From Amphiscolops sp. MND2022 (Eukaryota), in NCBI GenBank assembly GCA_964187785.1, contig OZ076413.1:48424001-48488000 (forward strand): a DNA stretch of 64,000 bases, given 5' to 3'. A program made the position numbers and the translations under genes. Below are positions 1 through 9,590 of this stretch, piece after piece (position 1 is the stretch's first letter; each line of letters begins with the position of its first letter). The notes below the pieces were generated by a model. It was not told the DNA's origin. It saw nothing but the letters and a program-made list of their open reading frames with translations, and made no database searches.

Positions 1-1
1 A

Positions 2-3000
2 AGGCATTCCTTTGATACTAGCATCCATGTTTCAAGTTCTGATGGGCCTCGTAGAGAAACCACTGTTAGCTTTCTTGCATCTGCTTCACGGGATGACACT
101 AATCCCCAATCCAAAGATGATATTGAACAGTCTTTCTTACATGCTACTGGTCATTCGGAGAAGAACGACCGTGACGTCGGACCAAGTGGATCATCAGAGT
201 CGATTCCACAAATGGGTAAAACTTGCCTTTCCCCATTTTCCAGTTTTCTCAATCGGACCCCACAGGCAATTACTCCAAGAGCTATATCCCCTGTCGCTCA
301 AACATCCACCGCAACCGAAGCTGGGCAGCTTACTTCCTCAAGTAACTATGTTACCAGTCTGGACTTGTTGGCGTTAGAACAGCGCATGCAAGTTATGGTT
401 TCTGAATTGACCACTTCTATTAGTTCAAAGCTTATAGAACAATTTACCGTACCCGCGTCACAGGCTCCTGGGACCTCAACAGGGACGGAAACCAGTGTGA
501 CGAATATGGAGTCATCCTTGATGGTGTCACCCGCCAGTACAACAGGGGGCCAAACCACACCCCCCGCAGGACATTCTCGCAAAGGGAGAAGACAGACTAG
601 GGCGAGAGAAAAGAGTACAGCCTGTACTAACCCAGGTGAACGACACTCAGCTTCCAAGCGGCCGCGACCAAGAATGCAATTGACAGGGAGTATGTACAGG
701 AAACATCCCATCTTCAAGTTCTTCGTAACCGCACCAATTGATTCCACCAACAACCCTCATAAGTGGCGTTGCAGAGTTTGTCATATAGAATTGTCATTGA
801 AGACTAAAGGTTCTCTCGAAATTCTCTCCCATTATAGAACTGACGCCCATTTAGTCCGTGAACACCGCATCAGGATGGAAACTCCTGGCATGCCACTTTA
901 CGGAAAAAATGAGTTGGAGCTCACTGGGTCCGATTTAGTTGCGGCACGAGAGAAGGCTGAACTGGAAATTCCCATTGCTCCTATTCTTGGGGAATGTTAC
1001 CTACTTGCTGGACAGCGCAAACTTCCTGTGCCGACTGATGAATTAGACCCAAGCACCACAATATGCTGCCAAATAAGAATTCTGTTGACTGGGTTGAAGT
1101 ATGGCGGTGACTTACATACTCTCACTTCCCTCTGGGGGAATCTCGGGCTTGAAGTCAGAGGGCCGGTCAAGGTGCCTCAATACAGCTGGGATAAAGATCG
1201 CGTTTTTGTAAGTCTCTTCCTATCGTTTTGGTTGTCTTTTTAATTATCATTCTTTTAGGTAACCACATTTCGTTTTCGCAGGGAATCTTAGTCCACATGT
1301 TCCGCACTTTATTGTCTTACTCAGTTACTGCGATTGGTCAGTCGGGTCAATTCTCACTCCAACTTCACTCCAATCAGGATAATTCCCAAGTGGTCTTAAC
1401 TTTCTGGTCTGGAAACGTATTCAACAATCTTTTACTAGCTGAAATCCCAAACAGCCTCATGATTGCGAAGGAAATTCTTCAGATCGTCAGTTCTTTTCTT
1501 GCTGCATTCCCGAGTATACCCCCTCTTTATTCACTCCTTGGCTTTGATGGACGTACCACCAAAACAATCATTACCGAATCCGTTCAGGTACCTACAGTGT
1601 GTGTGGTGCCCACCTTTTCGCACGAAGATTTGGACAAACTGTTAGCTGGACCCACTGTCAAGATCTTGGACCGCTATGATTATCACAGCGTACTGCAGTT
1701 TCTTCTGATGAAGTTGCGAACCGCTTCTGGGTCTACTTGGTTGAACGACCTTCCTGAACTCCGCAAAGTAATTTTTTCTTACCCTTTTGGGCTTTGTTTC
1801 AAGGTTTCTACAGAAAATTGCTCGTTGTTGGTCATTCACAATCCGTATTCAACTGTTTTATCACTGTCAGGGGATTCATTTAATATAGTATATTTGTTCC
1901 TATGCTGCGCTCTCAAAACCGCATAAAGCAGCATAACGAATAGACCATATAATATGGTATGTTTGTTCCTATGCTGCGCTCTGAAAACCGCATGGTGATT
2001 TCTTCTTATGCTGTTTTCTCCTGAAAACCGCATAAAGGTTTCTTCTTATGCTGTTTTCTCCTGAAAACCGCATACTGGTTTCTTCTTATGCTGTTTTCTC
2101 CTGAAAACCGCATAATGATTTCTTCTTATGCTGTTTTCTCCTGAAAACCGCATAGTGATTTCTTCTTATGCTGTTTTCTCCCGAAAACCGCATAATGATT
2201 TCTTCTTATGCTGTTTTCTCCCGAAAACCGCATGGTGATTTCTTCTTATGCTGTTTTCTCCTGAAAACCGCATACTGGTTTCTTCTTATGCTGTTTTCTC
2301 CTGAAAACCGCATAATGATTTCTTCTTATGCTGTTTTCTCCTGAAAACCGCATAATGATTTCTTCTTATGCTGTTTTCTCCCGAAAACCGCATAATGATT
2401 TCTTCTTATGCTGTTTTCTCCTGAAAACCGCATAATGGTTTCTTCTTATGCTGTTTTCTCCAGAAAACTGCATAATGGTTTCTTTCATGCTGATTTCTTC
2501 TTCGTAATGCATCCTTCTATACCGTTTTCTCTAGAAAACGGTGTAGACGATATATTTTGTTCGTTTATGCTGTTTTCTTCTGGAAACCGCATAATGTGCA
2601 TTATTTATGCTGTATACTGGTTGACATTCTATGCGGTGTTCGGAAAACCGCATAATGCATCAGAATTGCAGATTTTATTCCGCATTTTAAAGCGTTATCG
2701 TAGTATCATTCTAACATTGTTGTTTTAGGCCATCTCCAGCCTCAAGTACAGTCTTGTTGAGTCAGTTGTGGTTCTTGATCAGTTGTGTCGAAGTTGGAGC
2801 AAAGTCATCTCCCATCTCCGACTTGCCGACCGATTGAAGGCATTTAAGTACCATATGAAAGAGGTAATTATCAGTTTATTCCTCCATTCTGCTTTCCTTT
2901 TCCGTCTGATTTTCAGTTTTTATTATTTTTCTAGCCCAAGAGTCTTGACGAAACTTTCTTCAAAGACAAGTCATACGCAGCCAAGTTATTCTTGATCCGA

Positions 3001-4305
3001 AATGTGCTTCTACACTGTTAGTTCTCTTTTCGCGGTAGTTTATTTTGGTCGGTCTTTGGTACTGTTACTCAGGTTGTTTTTAATCGTTACTTGTGTTCAG
3101 ACAACTCTGCTTTCAAAGGGGTGAATGGAGTTTCCCCTCCTGACGGTTTCCGAGTATACAGCGCCTTTACTACATTTGTCTACAGTCAGCTACAATTTAT
3201 ATTACCTGACTCCTTCCTTGGCAACATCTCCAATTGGGATCATTTTATGTCCATTGATCTCACTTCTCCAGATCTACCTATAAAGTCTGTTGCGGATTTC
3301 ATGCAAAACAAGGACTTTGCCAAACTTGTTGCAGAAAGTGATTTGCCGACCCCCACTCGGTTCGTTGAACAAGCAATATGTTTTTATAAAAACTTCTGCA
3401 TCCTTCTTCTGAAGCATAAAGTTTCCAAGTCTAAGCTTGTCCGAGGATTTTCTGTGTTCGATGAAGCCGTTGTCCGTTACGGAGAAGAGGAGGACTATGC
3501 CCATGAATCTGAGTTACTTTGTGACTACTTGGTGCAGCAAAAATGGATATCTCACACAACCAAACCATTGGTCTTGAGCGAGTATGGAGCGTTTGTGGAG
3601 AAATTCAGATCCCAAAACATTTCTTATGAGGGAGAATGGATCAGCTTTATGTCGAATTATTATGAACTTCAGTGTCGGGAGAATTTGTTTACAGTCTTCA
3701 AGCTGTGTACTCTGAGTTTGTCAGGGGTCCACGTTATCCCTCCTGTTTTTACTGTTGAAATACCCGAACTTGCATCTGATTTCCGTGAATTCCAGTCCTG
3801 TGTTAGGAGCATTCAGTCTTCTTTGGTTGGAGTGCCCAATGTGTCTGAATTGTATGCCAACCCGAGAACTGTTTCTTCTGTTTTTTCTTTGCTCGGAAAA
3901 GGGCGGGCTCTACTAGAAGACGCTTATCTGTCAGTCTGGGACCTTACTTCGTCATGTTCGTCCCGACGGCGGCTTATATTTAACCATTTCGATTCTCGGT
4001 ACACTTGTACTATTTCCGATGAAGAGAAATCTTGGGTAGCGCTTCATGATAAGCCGCAATCAGCTAGTTCAAGTCCTGCTCAATCTCCTAAGACCCCTAG
4101 GCCTTCCAAATTTGTTGCTCCTACTCCCATTCAGAGCGGGCCAGAGTCAACTGGGGCAACAGGCAAAATCACCCGAAAATCTGTGCTTGCAACATCTGCC
4201 CTTTCAAGCCCGCGTTATAGAGTGGACGTGCCAATCTTGCCCGAGTCCCAGCCCGTTGGGGTTAAGAAGTTAGTTGTCCGAAAGAAAGAAGGAGATAAGA
4301 AATGA
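2..4305 (+). CDS. Antisense accessory gene of element A, spliced: exons <2..1207, 1282..1767, 2729..2863, 2935..3016, 3101..4305; BED-like zinc finger plus degenerate hAT-transposase-like fold
   Basis: Four GT-AG introns (1208-1281, 1768-2728, 2864-2934, 3017-3100) join the ORFs in frame with no stop. Motifs: WRCRVC...H-x5-H and FSLQLH. The splice-created LLHYNSAF matches LLCYNSNF in the element B homologue, which has no intron there. The frame is open from position 2. Confidence 0.85.
1883..2660. repeat. 40-bp tandem minisatellite inside intron 2 of the antisense gene
   Basis: Unit TCTTCTTATGCTGTTTTCTCCTGAAAACCGCATAATGATT, ~12 near-perfect copies at 2001..2480 with degenerate flanking copies. 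Confidence 0.95.
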
Positions 4306-4577
4306 AGAATTGGCTGGAATTGATCATTGATGTTTCATCTTGACTCTTGAAATTTCTATGTTTTTGCTGATTTGATGTCTGTTTTGTTTGTATAGTTATT
4401 TTCTCTTTTTGGCTGATTACGCCTCATTTGATGTCTGCCTCCAGTTTGGAGAGAAAAAAATGATAGCTTCCAATTTTGATTGGAAATGAGTTAAAGAATG
4501 AAGAAAAAACATGAGAGAAAGAAAAACGAAGGAGATCATAGTATATAATTCAGTCTCTGAGTCTCTTGATTTGTTTT

Positions 4578-7500
4578 TTAATATCTGTATGAGTCTGAGT
4601 AGTTTGGGTTAGGGTTTGGGCGTAGGTTATATTTTTCGCCTCTTGTGTTAACAGTTTCTTCAGCTTCTTGTGCGTCATTTTCTGGGTTGATTTCGGGAGT
4701 TTTTGGGGAATTTCGGGTAGGGATTTCTTGAATATCTTCTGGATTTCTGGAAGTTTCCGGAATGGGCTCGTGATTTTCATTTTCTGAGGAAGTTTTTTCG
4801 GTTATTTGAGGTTCTGTGTCGTTCGCAGCAGGTTGTCCTGCTGGGATCCCCCCACTATTTTTTGAATTATCGAGGGCGGGTGGGTGGTATATTTTTGGTT
4901 GAGGAGTAGGTTCATATTCCACCGTGTCTTCCTGTTGATCACAGACTTCGTGGTCAATATCGAATGGACTGCTGCCAAAATTACTGTCCCAAGCATGGGC
5001 ATATAAATCATCTTGTGAGACAAGTGTATCCTCTTTCTGCCAGTCAGTTTCTCTGACAAAGTTATCTGCAAGAGGAGCTTGTGGAGTGTATTTTCGTAGT
5101 CTAATGCGGTGGAGTAGTTGGGTTTTATTCGTGCCCAATCTGCGAACAATATAATTATTGTTCGGTAGGACTTTTTCAACTTTATATGGACCAACCCAAC
5201 GAAATTCACGAAAAGGTATCTTCGTTGCTTGTGTGTCAGCTTTTGGATTCAGGATAAAGCAATAATCCTCTGTCGTTAGAGGTGATGCTTTTGCTTTCCT
5301 GTCGTAATATGCTTTATATTTGAGGTAAGATTGTATGATGTTTTTCTTCGTTTGATCGTGAAGTAAAGCAATCCTTCTTTGTACTTCCTCTGCTACCTCC
5401 GTTTGGGGTTGGAAGCGAGGATTGGGGTTATACCCCAGTTTGAAATCTAGTATGTTGTGCGGAATTCTTCCATGGAAGACCCGAGTAGGTTCACATCCAA
5501 GTGTTGCGTGGTAGGTTGTATTATGGTTTAAGACTGCCAATGGTAGGAACTTGTGCCAATTGTTTCTAAATTCGCCAGTGGCTGCCTTAAGGTGCGTTTT
5601 AACTGATGCATGAGTACGTTCTAAGAGTCCAATTGTTTGGGCGTGTTTTGTTGTTGCATGTTTTAGTTCTATGTTCAGGACTGCAGCTACTTCTTTTGTT
5701 ACCTGAAAATTAAATTGAGTGCCCATGTCGGTAATAATTGTTGTGGGTAGATATGTGTGTTTACACAAAATGTCCATGATGATTTTTGCCACTGCTGGAG
5801 CAGTGATTCTCGTGACTGGGTAGGCAAACAAATAGCGTGAGAACACGTCTATTGCGGTGATGATGTTGTCATATCCTCCGCTTGGTGGGAGATTGGGAAG
5901 GATGTCCATTTGTAGGATGTCCTCTGGGCCCAAATCCCATTCGGGGCAATTTAGTAGTTCCGTTTTAAGTAAGTCATTGTTGATTCGTTTGTTTTGGATG
6001 CACATTTGACATTTTGTCACCCAATTTCGGATATATTTGGCGATGCACGGGTAGTAGTATTTTTGTCGTGCTTCTTGGATCATTTTGGTTATTCCCGGAT
6101 GATTTGCGTTATGACCATGAAGGGCATGAAGGAATTCGTCCAGGAGTTGTTTGGGTAAAAGGATTTGATAATGGGATATCAACCCAGTGTCATTGTAGTA
6201 TCTTCTTGTTAGGACATCTTGCTTGATTTCAATCCTTGTGATGTTTTGTAGATAATGTTTGTATCGGTAGTCTTGTGTGAATTGGGTTTCGTCGAAGGGT
6301 TCGCCTTCAATTTTGGCTCTTAAATTGCGTAGAACTTCATCATTGTTTTGTTCTAAACGTATTTTTGCATTGTCTTTGAAGTGTCCCTCCCTATAGTTGA
6401 TGGTTCCCGCAGTGGGCTTGTGGAAGGTTTGGAGTTCAGACACTTCATTTTCTGGTTCATTGTGGGTTTCGGTTTTTGCTGATTGACGAATTGCTTCTTT
6501 TTCTTCCCATAATTGTTGTTCTGTGGGGCATTCACCGGGGAGTATATATAGGAGTTCCTCTTCGGCGACCCCAGTGGACTGTATGTTAACTTCTATTGCT
6601 TTTGTATTGACATCATTACGGATGTTCATTTCAAGTTTTTCTGTAGGGTTCCATTCAGCGCGCGATAGGAAGTCTGCAGCCGTATTCATGGCTCCGGCAA
6701 CATGTGCAATGACGAAGTTGTATTGGAGGACGTAATCGCATGCGTTCCAAAGAGCCGGAGGAATGATTTTTGTTTGGAAAAAGCGTGTTACGGATCTGTT
6801 ATCTGTGAAGACGATAACAGGGAAGACGCTTCCCCACATTAAGTGTCCAAATTCAGAAAACGCAAAATAGATGGCTAGGAACTCTTTTGCGTATATTGAC
6901 ATTTTCAATTGGGTTGTGTTAAAAGTTTTTGAACCGAAAGCTATTGGAGCATAGGTTTTTCTTCTAGATTGTAGCTTTTGGTCGGGGTCATCTTCAATCA
7001 TGATTGCATATCCTGCAGCTGTGAAGCTGGCATCGGTCATCAATATGAGTTGTTTATTTTTAATCGGTTGTTTGAGGGCAAGTTTGCATGATTGTTCCAG
7101 TTGTTGGTTGAGATTTTTAAATGCTTCTAGAATTGTATCCGGAATGGAAAATTGTGATGTTTGTTTGAGCAATTTGAAAAAAGGAGTTAATTTTTCTGAT
7201 AGGCGAGGGATGTAGTTTCTGTAGTAGTTGAGAAACCCAATATATCTTTGGAGTGCTTTTTTGGATTTCGGAAATTTAAGTTTTTGAAGGAATTGTTTGA
7301 CTTTTTCGGTTTGGGGTGAGACTCCTTGTGGGGTAATTGTTCGACCCAAGAAGTCAACTTGTTTGACTCCGAAATGGCATTTGGCCATCGTAAGCTTGAG
7401 TCCTGCTTTGCGTATGCATTCAAAGACTGTTTTGATGTTGATGCAAAGTTGGGTAGAATCATTTGCAGCAAAGCCGATGTCATCAACATATTGGGCGCAC

Positions 7501-9590
7501 TGATCAGCTTTGATTGCCTTGTCCAAATATTCTCTCATAAAGGATGAGAAAGCAGACAGGGATCGGCTGAGTCCTTGTGCGAGGCGACGATATGCGAATG
7601 TTCGGCTCGCGAAGTTAAAGGCTAGCATCTGTATGGACTTATAGTCTGCCATTTGCAAACAATGGTATGCTTGAGAGCAATCGAGTTTGCAAAAAAGTTT
7701 TTTACCAGCCATATGTTGTGCTGCATCTGACAACGTGCTAACTGGGTGATTGTTGTTCACGTAGTCTTGAGTGATGAGGTTGTTGATTTTACGGAGGTCC
7801 ACCAAAAGTCGAAGACGTCCATTTGGTTTCCTCTGAGCAAAAATAGGGCTTGCGTATTTAGAGAACGGTAGGGTCGTGATGATTCCATAACGATGAAGAA
7901 GGGCCAGTTCAACAGTTATGTCGTCCTTGAGGTTGATGGGAGTAGGAAGACTTTGACTGTAGGCTGGTCGGTCATCATTCGGAGTCAGTTTGACCTTGAA
8001 TTCTCTATTGGTACCTATATCAAAACGATGTCTAGCGAAGATGTCGTGATATTGTACCAGAATGTCTTCTATGTGCTGTTTTTCGAATGGGCTCAGGGTG
8101 GTGTCTGTCCAGTCGAAGTGACCGAGAAATTTCCTTCTTGATTCATCGTTGTCGTTTGGGTTTAATTGTTCTAGTTGTTTGAGTTCTAGTAGCTCATCAT
8201 ATATGCGTTGTTGTATTGGAGTATATGTGTCTGGGTCCCCAGGTTCTTCAGGCGTTGGGAACCAGTAAGTTTCTTGTTCATCTGATGATTGATTTGTTTT
8301 CATCAATTGGTTGAGGTATAAATCTGTGTTTTCTATGTGTTGGTGCATCATGAATGTGAGGGTTGATGGATCAACAGGTTTGATGTGTTTAATCTGTTCT
8401 GGCGTGAGGACTCGGAAATCTGCCATGTGTGTATCCGTTGGGATGGTGTAGGGCATATCCGAAAAGTTGATTACTTGGTAGCCCACTGCATTGTTATTAA
8501 CCGTACTCAGGGAAGATGCAATAAAAATATTTTCATGTTCTTCCATGTGTGAAGACGGAGTTACAATGCCTGTGGCATTGTGATCTATCAGGTGTGGCAT
8601 TTTGCTGGAGATTGCAAGGGTTTCGCCAGGTTGTATGGTATATGAAGTTTCTGTTAGAAGAGGTGTTGTTGTTCGGGTATTTGTTGTGTGATCTGGTCGT
8701 AGTTGCATGGACAAGTAGGGGAAGGTAATAATCCCCTGTCGTATATCAAACATAGCGTTGTGTCTTTGTAGGAAACACAGGCCGATTAATGGGTTGGGTA
8801 GCACCTTCATGACGATGAAGTTTTCTTGAAATTGGAAGTCTGCTACTTCAAACTGGAGTAAGACGGTGCCGATAGGTCGCTCAAGTTGACCATTGGCTAC
8901 CATGATTTGAAAGTTGGGTGCTGGACCAGTATCTTTTATGGCTTCGTTTGAAAGGAGCTTTATTTTGTTAAGGTCTTCTTCAGAGATGGCGCTTGTGAGT
9001 GCGCCGGTATCAATGAGTCCATCCAGAGTTAATTTCTCGAAATCCATTGGGAAATAGTACATATGACGCTTCTTTTTGAGGGTAAGATTTGTAGAAAGGT
9101 TTAGGTATGCGACGTTATTACCTTCATCTGTTGTGAGGTGGTTAAAAACGTCAGCATCAAGGAGGGGTTGTTTTCCATGAGACGCACTGAAGAGGGTTTT
9201 GGTTAATTCTGATGTGATGTCATCGTCAGTTTGGGTTGTCGATGTAGATTGTACGTTTGATTGGTCAGTTTGTGTTTCTTGGGGTTGTGAGATTGTGGGT
9301 TGTTGATTTTGTATTTCGGGTTCAATTTCGGGTTCGAATATATGTCGTAGTAGATAATTATCTGGGGCATCTTTGAGTAAGTCATAGAGATCTTCCGTCG
9401 GAGTGTTTGGAATGGTATTTTGGGTGTCTGTAGTGTGAGAGTCGTTTTTATTAGTGTGGTGATCAAAGACTGTGGTTTTTATTGGTTTTGGGCTCTGCTG
9501 ATGCTGCCAGTCATCAGTTGAGAGTTGTTTTTGTGGTGTTTCGTTTTGAAGGCGTGGCTTTATTAGTTTAAATCCTTCGATGTTGAAGGT
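4578..9590 (-). CDS. pol: Pol polyprotein of A (aspartic protease, dUTPase-like insert, RT, RNase H, integrase with GPY/F)
   Basis: LIDTGA, QYVDD, MTDAS, HHCC zinc finger, D-D-E, WVGPYKV. The frame stays open upstream of the ATG at 9062 up to 9590 and overlaps the gag stop. Confidence 0.95.
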   Translation of the reverse strand, partial: TFNIEGFKLIKPRLQNETPQKQLSTDDWQHQQSPKPIKTTVFDHHTNKNDSHTTDTQNTIPNTPTEDLYDLLKDAPDNYLLRHIFEPEIEPEIQNQQPTISQPQETQTDQSNVQSTSTTQTDDDITSELTKTLFSASHGKQPLLDADVFNHLTTDEGNNVAYLNLSTNLTLKKKRHMYYFPMDFEKLTLDGLIDTGALTSAISEEDLNKIKLLSNEAIKDTGPAPNFQIMVANGQLERPIGTVLLQFEVADFQFQENFIVMKVLPNPLIGLCFLQRHNAMFDIRQGIITFPYLSMQLRPDHTTNTRTTTPLLTETSYTIQPGETLAISSKMPHLIDHNATGIVTPSSHMEEHENIFIASSLSTVNNNAVGYQVINFSDMPYTIPTDTHMADFRVLTPEQIKHIKPVDPSTLTFMMHQHIENTDLYLNQLMKTNQSSDEQETYWFPTPEEPGDPDTYTPIQQRIYDELLELKQLEQLNPNDNDESRRKFLGHFDWTDTTLSPFEKQHIEDILVQYHDIFARHRFDIGTNREFKVKLTPNDDRPAYSQSLPTPINLKDDITVELALLHRYGIITTLPFSKYASPIFAQRKPNGRLRLLVDLRKINNLITQDYVNNNHPVSTLSDAAQHMAGKKLFCKLDCSQAYHCLQMADYKSIQMLAFNFASRTFAYRRLAQGLSRSLSAFSSFMREYLDKAIKADQCAQYVDDIGFAANDSTQLCINIKTVFECIRKAGLKLTMAKCHFGVKQVDFLGRTITPQGVSPQTEKVKQFLQKLKFPKSKKALQRYIGFLNYYRNYIPRLSEKLTPFFKLLKQTSQFSIPDTILEAFKNLNQQLEQSCKLALKQPIKNKQLILMTDASFTAAGYAIMIEDDPDQKLQSRRKTYAPIAFGSKTFNTTQLKMSIYAKEFLAIYFAFSEFGHLMWGSVFPVIVFTDNRSVTRFFQTKIIPPALWNACDYVLQYNFVIAHVAGAMNTAADFLSRAEWNPTEKLEMNIRNDVNTKAIEVNIQSTGVAEEELLYILPGECPTEQQLWEEKEAIRQSAKTETHNEPENEVSELQTFHKPTAGTINYREGHFKDNAKIRLEQNNDEVLRNLRAKIEGEPFDETQFTQDYRYKHYLQNITRIEIKQDVLTRRYYNDTGLISHYQILLPKQLLDEFLHALHGHNANHPGITKMIQEARQKYYYPCIAKYIRNWVTKCQMCIQNKRINNDLLKTELLNCPEWDLGPEDILQMDILPNLPPSGGYDNIITAIDVFSRYLFAYPVTRITAPAVAKIIMDILCKHTYLPTTIITDMGTQFNFQVTKEVAAVLNIELKHATTKHAQTIGLLERTHASVKTHLKAATGEFRNNWHKFLPLAVLNHNTTYHATLGCEPTRVFHGRIPHNILDFKLGYNPNPRFQPQTEVAEEVQRRIALLHDQTKKNIIQSYLKYKAYYDRKAKASPLTTEDYCFILNPKADTQATKIPFREFRWVGPYKVEKVLPNNNYIVRRLGTNKTQLLHRIRLRKYTPQAPLADNFVRETDWQKEDTLVSQDDLYAHAWDSNFGSSPFDIDHEVCDQQEDTVEYEPTPQPKIYHPPALDNSKNSGGIPAGQPAANDTEPQITEKTSSENENHEPIPETSRNPEDIQEIPTRNSPKTPEINPENDAQEAEETVNTRGEKYNLRPNPNPNYSDSYRY

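Noticed and set aside
2001..2480. Regular palindromic repeats resembling a CRISPR array
   Set aside because: Units are contiguous 40-mers with no unique spacers, there are no cas genes, and the context is a eukaryotic intron.
3091..4305. Extra ORFs near the 3' LTR as a retroviral env gene
   Set aside because: They are antisense and spliced, with no signal peptide or TM anchor, and have a zinc finger upstream.
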